From assembly GCF_046119375.1 (NCBI RefSeq), contig NW_027362767.1:317068001-317132000 (forward strand): a DNA stretch of 64,000 nucleotides, given 5' to 3'. Origin of the DNA: Phyllobates terribilis (taxonomy: Eukaryota). Below the pieces are notes generated by a model. The model was given only the letters and a program-made list of their open reading frames with translations, was not told the DNA's origin and made no database searches. Numbering within the stretch: the stretch's first letter is position 1; the number at the start of each line of letters is the position of its first letter. Positions 21,332-32,960 of this stretch are shown here, in pieces. Position numbers and translations under genes: made by a program.

Positions 21332-21878
21332 ATACAATTCATGGAAAAGGTAGTACAATACACCCAAACTGGGTTTTATATGTGTGTAGCAATTTTTGTT
21401 ACATTTAAAGCTACCAAAATACGGACAATAAAGGCTAAATCGCAAGCATCAACAAAATTACAAGCAAAAGAGAAAAGAAATGATCATAAAGCCTATAGTT
21501 TCATATATAAAGTATCAAAATTTATTAGAAATCATACAAAAGACAGACATAGGGGGGAGTGTAGAAATAGCTACTGTGAACCAAATAGATCCAGCTACAC
21601 GCAATACAGCATAATAATCATTTTATATAGAGTAATTACAGATTTGTGCAGGAACATATATTATATTCCAGTATTAAGTGCCAGAGTCACAATATCATCA
21701 GGTGCCCCTAAATAATAAGTCCCACTGCCAGATAGTAATATAATAATATACATACCAATGAGACACACAGTATCCAGTAAGGGCAGAAGGACCGGGCAAC
21801 AGAGAGGAAGGCAACAGGCTATACGCGAGAAGCAGCAGCCCCGACGCGCGTTTCGGTTAACCCTTCATCAGGGGGCGT
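21332..21878 (-). mobile_element. Non-coding Penelope-like (pLTR) or retrozyme-like insert, 547 bp
   Basis: Lies between two identical 138-bp copies of L2 sequence; hammerhead motif at its minus-strand 5' end; AATAAA (minus) at 21521-21526. Confidence 0.65.
21838..21876 (-). ncRNA. Minimal type I hammerhead ribozyme
   Basis: GCCCC CUGAUGA AGGGUUAACC GAAA CGCGC GUC^ GGGGC: full conserved core, 5-bp helix I, palindromic helix III (ACGCGCGU), GUC cleavage triplet. Confidence 0.75.
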
Positions 21879-22245
21879 GGGAAGAGGAGCTGGCAAAAGA
21901 TACAGTGAAGGAACGGTCAGAGAGGTAGGAGGAGAACCAGGAGAGAACGGTTTCCTTGAGGCCTATAGAGCGGAGCATAGTGAGGAGGAGCTGGTGATCC
22001 ACAGTGTCAAATGCTGCAGAGAGATCCAGGTTAGAAATATAACCCTGCCTGACGTTGGAGGAAATCGAGATTCAATGGAGACTAATGGTACTGATAATAC
22101 AAATATATAAGGTTAAATAATACCCCCACATAGTGACAGAATGCCACCATACTGATCATTACCAAACACAAATGTACCAAAACCAATATTACCATCAATA
22201 CTGCAATATAAGAGACAAATAATACTGTCAGACCATAACAACATA

Positions 22246-24371
22246 CCATACTGTGTAAAGGATTTAAGGCAGGTGTGGGGAAAATATAAAGCAAAGAAAG
22301 CATGCTTTAAAAAAATAGGAAGTATTAATAGTTTGGATTTTGTTAATTGATAAAAATAAAGTGAATGAACAAAAGAAATATCGGAATCAAATCAATATTT
22401 CATGTGACCACCCTTTGCCTTGAAAACAACAGCAATTCTAGGTACATTTGCACAAAAATTTGGACGGAACTTGGCACAGAGGTTGTTCCAAACATCTTGG
22501 AGAACTAACCACAGATCTTCTGTCTCTTCATGTATTCTCAGACAGACTTGATGTTGAGATGAGAGGTCTGTGGTGACCATATCATCACTTCCAGGACTCC
22601 TTGTTCTTTACCCTGAAGTTAGTTATTAATGACACTGACTATGTTTGGGGGTGTTGTCCTGCCGCGGAATAAATTTGGAGCTAATCAGATGCCTCCCTGA
22701 TGTTATAACATGATGGACAAGTATCTCCTTGTATTTCTAAGAACTGAGGATTCCATTAATTCTGAACAAATCCAAAATTCCGCTTGCTGAAATGCAGCCA
22801 CAAACTTGCAAGGACCCTCCACCATGCTTCACTGTTACCTATGTTTTCCTGCATAGTTGAGTCACTTGGTCTTGTTTCTACATCAAAGATATGGTATTTG
22901 GCCACAATTCTTTAATGGACAACTTCGGCCAAACTTCTCCTAGCAGTGAATGGGTGTAGCTGGGTCCCACTGGTTGTGCCAGTTCTGCACTGATGGTAGT
23001 GCTAAACTCCTTCCAGTTTTGAAGGGAAGCATGACATGTATTTTATCTGCTACACTGTTTCCTTGGCAGACCACTTAGTCTATGGTTCTCAACGTTGCCC
23101 ATTTCTTAGCATCCTCAATTCTGAGAAATACAGGCAGATGCTTATCGTCATGTAATACCATTAGGGCAGGGTTTCATTGGCTCCAAATTTATTCTGCAGC
23201 GGGACAATTAACCCAACCATACAGTCAATGTCATTAAAGTGAACCTGTCATCAGGATTGTGCTAAGTAAACTACAGGCAGTGTCAGGTTGGCGCCGTTAC
23301 ACTGATTAAAATGATACCTGGGTTGATTAAATCTGTCCCATGGTTATTGTTTACTGTAATCTTTATTTGCAGTTTGGAGATAATTAAATTCTGGTGCTCC
23401 GGGGCGGCCTGTGTGCGGGGCTTTGTTTGGTGCTCTATTCTCATATTCATCATTGTGGCTTAAATGACAGGTCACTGATCCTTCAGTGAGCAGCCTTCTA
23501 TTTTAAATACTGCTCTTGCGCAGTTCATATTATTGACTTTGAAAATAAAAATGTAACTCTAGCCCACGCATGTGCAGTAGCAGCCATCACTTGCTGATAG
23601 ATGCTACTGCACACGCGCAGCGGCCATTTTGCTGGAGCAAAAAAAAAATTGCCTCCAGCAAAATGGTCGCGGCGCATGCACAGTAGCATCTATCGGCAAA
23701 CAATAGCTGCTACTGAGCAAGCACCATTTTGCTAGTTACATTTTTTTCCCAAAGACTACAATATTAACTGTGGAAGAGCAGTATTTAAAATAGGAGGCAG
23801 CTCACTGACATTGTGCACGCTATTAAGAATGAATATTCAGTGCGCCCCATGCCCATGGGGAGCACTGAATATTAATTTTCTTTTAACAACGGGAACAGTG
23901 TTAGCTGCAGCAGGCGGCTCCTGACTCCTGTGCCCCCCTCCTCCGCTGCCCCACCACCACCCACAAAATTTGAGGAAAAAAGTGCATCTTATAGTCTGAA
24001 AAATATGGTATATGGCCCCACAGAGCCCTGATCGCAACATCATCAAGTCTGTCTGGGATTACATGAAGAGACAGAAGGATTTGCACAAGCGACATCCACA
24101 AATCTGTGGTTAGTTCTCCAAGATGTTTGGAACAACCACCCTGCTGACTTCTTTCAAAAACTGTGTACGAATGTATCTAGAAGAACTAATGCTGTTTTGA
24201 AGGCAAAGGGCGGTCACACCAAATATTGATTTAGATTTCTCTTTTGTTCATTCATTTTGCATTTTGATAATTGATAAAAAATAAACTACTAACACTTCTA
24301 TTTTTGAAAGCATTCTTTATTTAGCAGCATTTTTTTTTTACACACACGTCTAAAACTTTTACACAGTACTG
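22246..24371. mobile_element. Tc1-derived element made of two inverted 3' halves, with MITE fragments inside
   Basis: TA on both sides. Minus-strand transposase remnant ~22390-23100 and plus-strand remnant ~23110-23237 plus ~24010-24230, both ending KGGH(M/T)KY*. Confidence 0.7.
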
Positions 24372-26221
24372 TATTACCAACATATGCAGCAGTGATAACA
24401 CCACCATACTGACCAATAACCGAAAATACTGAACTAAGACTGATATTACCACCGTATAGTGACCACATAAAGGTTTATGCCAGTGACGTTCTTGCTAATC
24501 GTAACCATTCACTTTACCTTTTCCAATCACCATAGAAAGCCATGACCACTCCTTCCATCCATGACTCATCTCTGCAGAATGTAACATACAGACATCTATT
24601 ACTTATTGCTGTTCCAGCACCTCCTCACATTCCCCAACCTCTACACAAACCGTATAGTGCTATAAATAACCAATGCCTTGTACAGTAATAGTATCCGACT
24701 TTTGTGCCCCTACATAGTAATAACGCCCTTTCTGTACTTCCCTCCTTATAATGAACATACATTGTGCCTCATTGTATTAAGGCCCCCGTTGTACCTCATT
24801 ATAATGACCCCCCATTATTCTGCCTTATATTAATGACCCTCAATTGTGTCTCCTTTAAATGTCCTTCCCATTCCCTATTGTTCCTCCTAATAATGACCCC
24901 GATTGTGTCCCCTTATTATACTAACTCTCCATATTGCCCCTTAGAATGACCACCAATGTGCCCCCCTTGTCATACTGATCCTTCATTGTGCCCCCTTAGA
25001 ATGATTCCCCATTGTGCCTCTTTTTAAAAATCATCCTCATTGTGCCAATTTTCAATACTCATCACTCACTGTGCTTCCTTTTAATACAGACTACAATTGT
25101 ACCTCCTTTTAAATACTGTGGCTTCCTTTTAGAAAATCATCCCCTTTTGCACAAACCACTTGCCTGCCACAGAATAAATAAAAATAAACGAATATTTACC
25201 AAACTTTTCACAAATGCCATGTGGTCATGCGCTCCTCTACTGCGGACTTCAGATTGGTTCAGGCAGTGTGATGAATGGATGCCAGCGCACCGCCTGATGT
25301 CCCCTGTGTAATGCCGGACAGCGCAGGTCAGAAACCAACTATGGCCTGACTGAGTGCAAAGGAGGGAGCCAATGGCTCTCTGCTCTACTATAGATGTTAA
25401 TAGTCGCCGATACTGTTAAAAAAGTGTGGCGGACTATCCAGTCTGGCATTTACCAGAATTGCCAGTTCCCGCCCTGCCATTTATAGAATACAGTCACCAA
25501 AACGCTACAATCATTTTGGTGACTATGCCATGAGGCCAGCTGCAACATTGTCACCTATAAGATGCCTAATATCATGGAAAATTAGGGCTATCGTTAGGTG
25601 TACTATGTATACAGAAGAATGATTGTTAGAAGAACAGCAGCAGCAGCAGCAATATTATGCTATAAAATCAGCTTAAAAAAACAACCAGTGAAATCCTAAT
25701 CAGCTGCTGTCAGTGTATAGATGCTCTTAGCACAGGACTTCTTATGAAGCAACATCTCTACTTGTTCGGCCGCCTTGTACTCTGCACCATATCCAGCTTA
25801 CAAAACGTTACCGAGAATTTACGTTTGTTCCCCACTAGTGACTGATAACATTTAAGGTGGAATGGGGAATGCAGAGAACGCATCAGCTTATCCATCACAG
25901 ACAGGCTAGCTTGTATTTCATGCATGTTAGAGCACTTGTAGGATTTTTACCTATATACATATATAGATTACAAAAATAAGAAAATGGTGTAAAATTAATT
26001 GACGTTCAAGACAATAGGGCAGATTTGCAAAAGACCATGCATTACAAAAGAGGTGTAACAAAAACAGTACAGCAGACACGTCTTATTTCTGAAAGACTTG
26101 AAAAAGAAAATGTGCGACTAGTATACCACGTGTTCTCACAGTTTTTATGTAGCATATGTCATTTTCATAAATTTTTGCCGCCGTTGATCCAGTATTGAGT
26201 AGAAAAAAAGATGTGTAGAAA

Positions 26222-26276
26222 TGTGGTTTGTCAACGCGTTTCGAAGTAATATACTTCTTCACCGGGACAAACCACA
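26222..26276 (-). ncRNA. Degenerate hammerhead-like motif (Penelope-type)
   Basis: 11-bp helix I (UGUGGUUUGUC/GACAAACCACA), UGAAGA, helix II AGUA/UACU, GAAACGCGUU. The core start is non-canonical (CCGGUGAAGA). Confidence 0.4.
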
Positions 26277-27240
26277 AGAATCTGATTCTGGATTGTCAGC
26301 AGCGCAGATTTAACCCACTCTTATCCAGCTTGATATGCTTTTTACATCGTGGATCTGCAGCAACCTTTTTCTCAAGCTTTAAAAGGGGTTGTGACTTCAC
26401 AACCCTATTAGGTGAGCACCATTCCAGTTTTTCCCATTTGCTCATTTGCATAAATTAAATACAACTGTACCAAATTAAACACCTTTTCCTTTAGGAAGCG
26501 TCATTCTTAAAGCTATTACCAACGAAGGACAAGGACTCGGCCCAAAAAGTCACATCAGGCGTTCCTAGATTCAGCATTTAGTTGAGTTGATTTCAGACTT
26601 CTGAGTTTCACCGTCCAAGTATGGACTCAGGTTTCTGACTGGTCTCCTGCCCCGAATGCTACAGTCTTGTGTATGACAATGAGACTATTGCGCTCGGGTC
26701 ACGAGACCACGGCCGGCCCAGAAATTGGGGTCCGTGAAACTTGGTTGTGTGAAGCTGGCCTTAGATAATTTCTTTATTAAATAGTAATGAGCAGGGTAAA
26801 GATGGTGGAGACAGCAGCGCAGTAGGCATCAGGGGGCTGAGGTGACAGGACGCGCTATGGGCTCACTTGCAGGTGTGAGGTAGATGTGCCAAAATGGAGA
26901 CAACTGTTTTTTTAGGGCGAGTTAGGTACGTGAGAGATCATAGCTTAGCTTTGGTAAGAAGACCCACCCAACTCTCTCTTGTGTAATGTAATATTTAGGT
27001 GTAAGGCCAGATCATGAGACTACACTCCTGCTATTGGCGGTTTGGTGCCGGACCTTGGTAAGATGGCCACTAGTTACATGGCAGGTGTGGGGACACTAGA
27101 TTAAAAGTAGAACTCCAGGATATGTTGGGCCCAAAAAGTAACGAAGGTGAGATGTAAGTCTGGCAGCTATACGGGGAAGTGTGAAAAGCACTTGAAACTG
27201 TAGGCGCTGTTTGGATGGGTGGTAATACTTTTTACTTGAT

Positions 27241-27786
27241 ACCCACCTTTCACGACATCCACCATATATGTACAGTGCTGCGGGAGGTGCGTTCCCGCAA
27301 AGTACTGCACATGTACAGCATGATGATCACGCGGGCTCACTCTGAGCGCCGGCATGATCAAAAGCGGGTTTCAGCGCTTTATGAGAACTGACTCTTTGCG
27401 GCAACACCCTTTGTGCTAGCATCAATCGCGGGCGTTTAACCCTTCTGATGCTGTTGTCAATAGCGACAGCGATTGGGTTGTAGAGGGAGGGAGCTTCCTC
27501 TCTGCTCCAATCGGCACAAGGAGATTGTGTTCTGCTGATGGTTTCTATGGTGACCCGGGCCGAAAGATGGCCACGGGGTCACCCAGGTACAGTGGCCTGT
27601 ACGTTCCTGCTCAGAGCATGAGCTGACATGGCTCCACCCTGCGTGCGATGCACTGATATAACGCCCTGCAATGCAAAAGCACTGCAGAGTATTACCGTAT
27701 TTTTCGGACTATAAGACGCACTTTTTTCCTCCAAAATTTTGGAGGAAAATGGGGGGTGCGTCTTATAGTCCAAATGTTGGGGGGGG

Positions 27787-27819
<33 letters not shown>

Positions 27820-30800
27820 GGTGTGAGGGGAGCGGTAGCGGTGGAGGAGCGCTGAATATTCATGCTCCTTAATAGTGGCACACAGTGTAGCCACGCTGCG
27901 GCTCCTGCCGGAATCGCCTGTGCCCGCTGTTAAAGGGTATGAATATTCAACCTCTCTCCACGCCCATGGGTGTGGGGAGGGGGTGAATATTCATGGCCTT
28001 TAATAAGCGGGCACACGAGATATCCGGCAGCAGCGCGGCTCCGCTGTGTGCCGGCTATGAAGGAGAGTGAAGTCACTGCTCCCCGCGCACACAGTCCTGG
28101 CGTGGGGAGCAGTGACTTCCGGCAGCTGATCTCTCCTTGTGAGCCACGCATGGCAGTGACGTCATACACGGCTCACATGGGGAGATCAGTGCAGGCAGAC
28201 AGGACGCAGCGCTGGAGGAGAGAAGAGAGGTGAGTATGAGTGTTTATTTTTTTATGTGCAGCCTGAAGGGGATTAGGGGGACCATGCATACTAGGATAGG
28301 GATTAGGGGTGCCATGCATACCAGGACAGGGATTAGGGGTGCCATGCATACCAGGACAGGGATGAGGGGTGCCATGCATACCAGGACAGGGATGAGGGGT
28401 GCTATGCATACCAGGATAGGGATGAGGGGTGCCATGCATACCAGGATTGGGGATGAGGGGTGCCATGCATACCAGGATTGGGGATGAGGGGTGCCATGCA
28501 TACCAGGATTGGGGATGAGGGGTGCCATGCATACCAGGATAGGGATGAGGGGTGCCATGCATACGAGGACAGGGATGAGGGGTGCCATGCATACCAGGAT
28601 GGAGGGGTTCCATGCATACCAGAATGGAGGGATGCCAGGCATACCAGGATGGGGATGGGGACCACGTATAAAAGGAAGGGAGGGGGCATATATACCAGGA
28701 TGGGGGATATTGTCAGAATTGGGGGACATTACCCCTATACCAGTGTCAGAAGACCCCCTCCCCCTTAAAAGTGCATCATGACCACATTTTTTGCTTAAAT
28801 TTTTTTTATTTTATTTTCCTCCTCTAAAACCTAGGTGCGTCTTATGGTCCGGTGCGTCTTATAGTCCGAAAAATACGGTAGATCAGAGGAGGGAAAGTTG
28901 TTGTTCCATACTAGGACAAGGTAAAGAGTAAAGGAAAAAAAAAAGTCTTAAAAAATTGTTAAAATGTAAAAAAAAAATAAAAAAATCACAAAGAGCAAAA
29001 AAATATATTAAATCCATTAAATACACATTTATTTAAAGACAAAAAACCCCAAACATTTGATATCATTGCGTCCAGAACGACCCGACCTATAAAACTGTAA
29101 CACTAGTTAACCCCTTCAGTGAACACTAAAAAAATTAAATTAAAAAAATGGCAAAAAACTATGCTTTTTCATCATACCGCCAAACAAAAAGTGAAATAAA
29201 CCGATCAAAAAGTTGAATGTAAATAAAAATGGTACCGCTAAAAACACCATCTTGTCCCGCCAAAAATAAGCTGCCATACAGCTGAAAAATAAAGAAGTTA
29301 TAGCTCTCAGAATAAAACGCTGCAAAACAATTATTATTTTTTTTGAAAATAGTTTTTATTGTGTAAAAGCCGCAAAACATAAAAAATGATATAAATGTAG
29401 TATCGCTGTAATCGTACTGACCCAAAGAAAAAAGCTGCCTTATCAATTTTACCACGTGCAAAATGGCATAAAACACCCCCAACAAAACAATTCCTGAATT
29501 GCTGTTTTTTGTTCAGTCTTCCAAAAATCGGAATAGAAAGCGATAAAAAAGTCACGTGCCAGAAAATGGTACCAATAAAAACGTCAACTCGTCCCACAAA
29601 AAGCAAGCACTTACAGGACTCAGTCGCCAGAGATATTGAAAAATGATAGCTCTCAAAATATGGTGATGCAACATCCACTGCTGCTCGTTTCTAGAAAATA
29701 CCCATGGAGTCAAAATCGCCACTACTCCTGTAGTTAAATTCCTAGAGGGGTATAATTTCCGAAATGGGGTCAACTTGAGGCAGGTTTCAGCTGTTCTGGA
29801 ACTTAGGGGCTCTATATTTGGAGTCTGCAAACTACTCTATGATAATTTCTTCTCCAGGAGATAAATAGCCCTCTGTATGGCTAAGCGGTACTGTACAGCC
29901 ACATATGGGGTATTGCCACGTTTAGCAGAAAAGTGACAAATTTTGGTGCCATTTTTACCCATTTCTCATTGTTAAAATGTAAAATCTGGGGCCAAGACAA
30001 TTTTTTTTGTGGCAAAAATTTAATTATTTTTTCTTCATCGCCCAATGGTATAAAATTCTGTGACCCACCTGTGGTGTCAATATGATCACTGCACCCCTAG
30101 ATTAACTGAGAGGTGTAGCTTGTAAAATGTGGTCAAATATGGGGGGGTTCCGCTGTTCTGGCACCTCAGGGGCTCTGCCAATGTGACATGGCACCCGCAA
30201 ACCATAACCGCAAAATCTACACTACAATATGGTGCTTCTTTCCCTTCTGAGCTTTGCACTGGGCCGCAAAATAAGTTTTTGACCACATATGGGGTATTTG
30301 CACAATGAATTGTACCGTTCCTTTTCTCCTATTATCCGTTTTGAAAATAGAAATCTTGAGGCCAAAGCAACATTTTTGTGGAAAAAAATGGTAATTTTCC
30401 ATTGACTCAGCCCAATGTTATGCAATTCTGTGAATTGCTTAATGGTTAAAAATGCTCACCACACCCCTAGATGAATTCCTCAACAGGTGTAGTTTCCAAA
30501 ATGGGGTCACTTGTTGGGGTTTCTGCTGGTTTGACACATCAGGGGTTCTTCAAATGTGACATGGCGTCCGCAATCTATTCCAGCCAAAATTGCGCTCCAG
30601 AATTCAATTGGCAGTCCTTCCCTTCTAAACCCTGCTGTGCTCCCAAACAGTAGTTTTCTACCACATGTGGGGTATCGGTGTACTCAGGAAAAATCGCACA
30701 CCCTTATTGCCTTGTGAAAATGAAAAATGTGGTGCTAAAGCAACATGGTTGTGGGGAAAAATGTATTTTATTAATTTTCACACCTGGGGGTTGAAAGTGC

Positions 30801-30950
30801 TCACCGCACATCTAAATAAGTTCCTTGAGGGGTCTAGTTTCTAAAAGGGTCACTTGTGGGGGTTTTCCACATCAGGGGCTCTCCAAACGCAACATTACTT
30901 GGACAACCACTTTTCGATCAATATGTTTCCCCAGTAAAATAACCGCTATA
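27241..30950. mobile_element. Large non-autonomous DNA-transposon-like repeat with degenerate internal ~350-bp repeats (boundaries approximate)
   Basis: Recurring block ggtgtagtttccaaaatggggtcacttg at ~29750, 30110, 30485 and 30830; no ORF. Confidence 0.35.
27695..28878. mobile_element. pogo/Tigger-like MITE carrying a 30-31-bp VNTR
   Basis: TA|CCGTATTTTTCGGACTATAAGACGCAC...CCGAAAAATACGG|TA; about 12 units of gggatgaggggtgccatgcataccagga(t/c)a at ~28268-28640. Confidence 0.85.
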
Positions 30951-32132
30951 CTCACCTCCAGTGTCGGCGCTGTTCCAGCGGTGTCAGTGCAGTCTCTCCC
31001 AGGGATCACGTGACATTTTTATGTCAGACGATCCTTAGGGCCAATTTGCCCTCTCATAGATTTTTGGAATATCCCTAAAAACCCATTGCAGATTTTCCAC
31101 TGCAATGAATAGGAAGAGAGTTCACATACAGTATTTGGAGCAGATCTGCTTTACAATCTTCCTCAAAAATCCTCTGTGTGAACATAAAGCACAGAGTGAA
31201 AAAATAAAAGGGTTCAAAATCCTCTAAGGGCTTGTGCACATGACGCCTTTCCCAGGCAGCGAACCCACTGAGTTTTTCAAGAGGAAATGCTTCGGGAAAC
31301 ACCAATTTTATTTAGTGTTTTTTGGTGGAGCTGTACCGTTACCTTGTATTATGTAGTATGTGGGGAAACGCCAGGATGGTGCGCTCATTTCTTTTAATCA
31401 CTTGGCTTTAATAAACCTGAAGCAGTTAAATGACGCTCAGAAGGCCGCACACATGCATAGCGAGGCATTTTTTTTTTCCACAGAAGTTCATTCTTTTGAG
31501 CATTATCTGGACTCTTTTTCATGCTGGTTTTGGAGCAGACCTGTGTGTGGAAAAAACATTGTTGTGCACAAACTGATCAGGGTGTGTTCACACTGAGGGG
31601 TTTTTACTCCAAACAAAACTCCTGGTTTCTGGAGATTTTCTGCTCCAAAAAAAAACAGCATAAAACCACAGTGTGTACACACCCTAGAAACATTCACTCC
31701 GCCCAGTACAGAATTCCCGTACACTAGTGAGGAGTATGTGCCCCTCGGCCGGACCCCACCAGGTCGCTGTCCCGGGCTCCATAGAAATCCGGTTGGGCTG
31801 GAGAAAGGCCGTGTGGCAGAACGTTCCTGTATTTTCGCCTCCTCACTGATGGGATGATTTACCTATTTTGGAATAATGATTGGATATGTATAGGGATCTC
31901 TATGGAGCCGCAGAGATCTTTGGATTCACCACAAAAAACATTTCAGTAAAAAAAAAAAAAAAAAGAAAAAAGGCAGTGATTCCAGAAGTGGATTTTTCTG
32001 CCTCCAAAAACTGTGTGTGAACGATGCCAACGAGGGATTAGCAGACTCCGTGACCCATTGCCAGTCATGGCGCCCATCCTGGTGTTGGCACAGTGGGGAG
32101 CAGCCCCTCCATGTGCTCGAGCTCTGCCTTAA

Positions 32133-32335
32133 GCCCACGGCCCCACTATCAGTATTTGGTCAGTATTTTTTCTCAGGAGTGGGAGCCAAAACCAGGTGAG
32201 GAACAATCAGAGAAAAGGTATAATAAAAACAAGTCACCAATTCTGCATTTATCACCCACTCCTGGTTTTGGCTCCCACTCCTGAGAAAAAATACTGAGCG
32301 AATACTGACCAAATACTGATAGTGGGGCCGTGGCC
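32133..32335. mobile_element. 203-bp hairpin MITE at the upstream edge of the gene promoter
   Basis: ~75-bp near-perfect inverted arms (gccacggccccactatcagtatttggtcagtat...ctcaggagtgggagccaaaaccagg). Confidence 0.8.
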
Positions 32336-32399
32336 TTAGACTCCTGTACCTGAGAAGAGCGGACAGGACAGGTGGGCACATGTCTGTGCAGCCTCTCAT

Positions 32400-32960
32400 T
32401 CCTGTGTGTGAAGAGCTCCATAGGAATAATGGCCGGGGCCACGCAGAAGCCGGCGGCTATCAGCTCCCAGTACACGAGCTCCGCGGTGACAGACATTCCC
32501 GCGTCTCCCCAGCACCGGCGCCGGCACACACGATCCCCTGACAACAGCTGGCGCTTTGCGGACCGCGGTCACATGACACGGCGCCGCCATTTTGTCTTGT
32601 GAGTGAAGTGAGGTAAAAAGAGAGAAGGGAGAGAAACCGGAAAGGAAGAGGGAGGCAGCCAGTCACACAGAGCGGAGCGGGCACGGACTGCTGCCTGTCA
32701 CCACCAGCTGTCAGGGAAGCCTCCGAGCAGGGTGACCCGGGAGCACGTAGCTGGAGGAGCCGGCGGTGACACATCCTGTATCCGTAGGCCCGGCCGGGAG
32801 TCAGCGCGGACAATGTCGGGGCAGTCCATCACCGACCGGATCACGGCGGCCCAGCACAGCGTCACCGGCTCGGCCCTGGCCAAAGCCGTGTGTAAGGCGA
32901 CCACCCATGAGGTGATGGGGCCCAAGAAGAAGCACCTGGACTGTGAGTGAGAAGAGCACG
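32400..32960 (+). promoter_or_regulatory. CpG-island promoter and first exon of the PICALM-family gene
   Basis: High GC and CpG density upstream of the ATG; GTCACATGAC (32568-32577) and GCCGCCATTTT (32583-32593). Confidence 0.75.
32813..32942 (+). CDS. picalml: exon 1 CDS (130 nt) MSGQSITD...KKKHLD
   Basis: ATG 32813; donor GTGAGT at 32943. Confidence 0.96.

Larger units (their letters stand above)
19877..22030 (-). mobile_element. L2-clade LINE, 5'-truncated and decayed, interrupted at 21332-21878
   Basis: RT motifs [30 protein letters not shown], then LHWLP and LKTHLF; 3' tail (ATT)n near 19877. Confidence 0.9.

Noticed and set aside
21326-21715. 129-aa ORF in the ribozyme-bearing insert
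   Set aside because: A-rich, on the strand opposite the hammerhead, with no RT or GIY-YIG motifs.
26780-27200. Possible LINE ORF2 C-terminal remnant on the minus strand
   Set aside because: Only a vague resemblance with several stops; cannot be supported without a search.
28173-28781. Repetitive Gly/Met/His ORFs on both strands
   Set aside because: Translation of the VNTR inside a MITE.
32732-32812. In-frame GTG giving a 27-aa N-terminal extension
   Set aside because: Expected by chance in a CpG island, and the family starts at MSGQ. It would need ribosome-profiling support.
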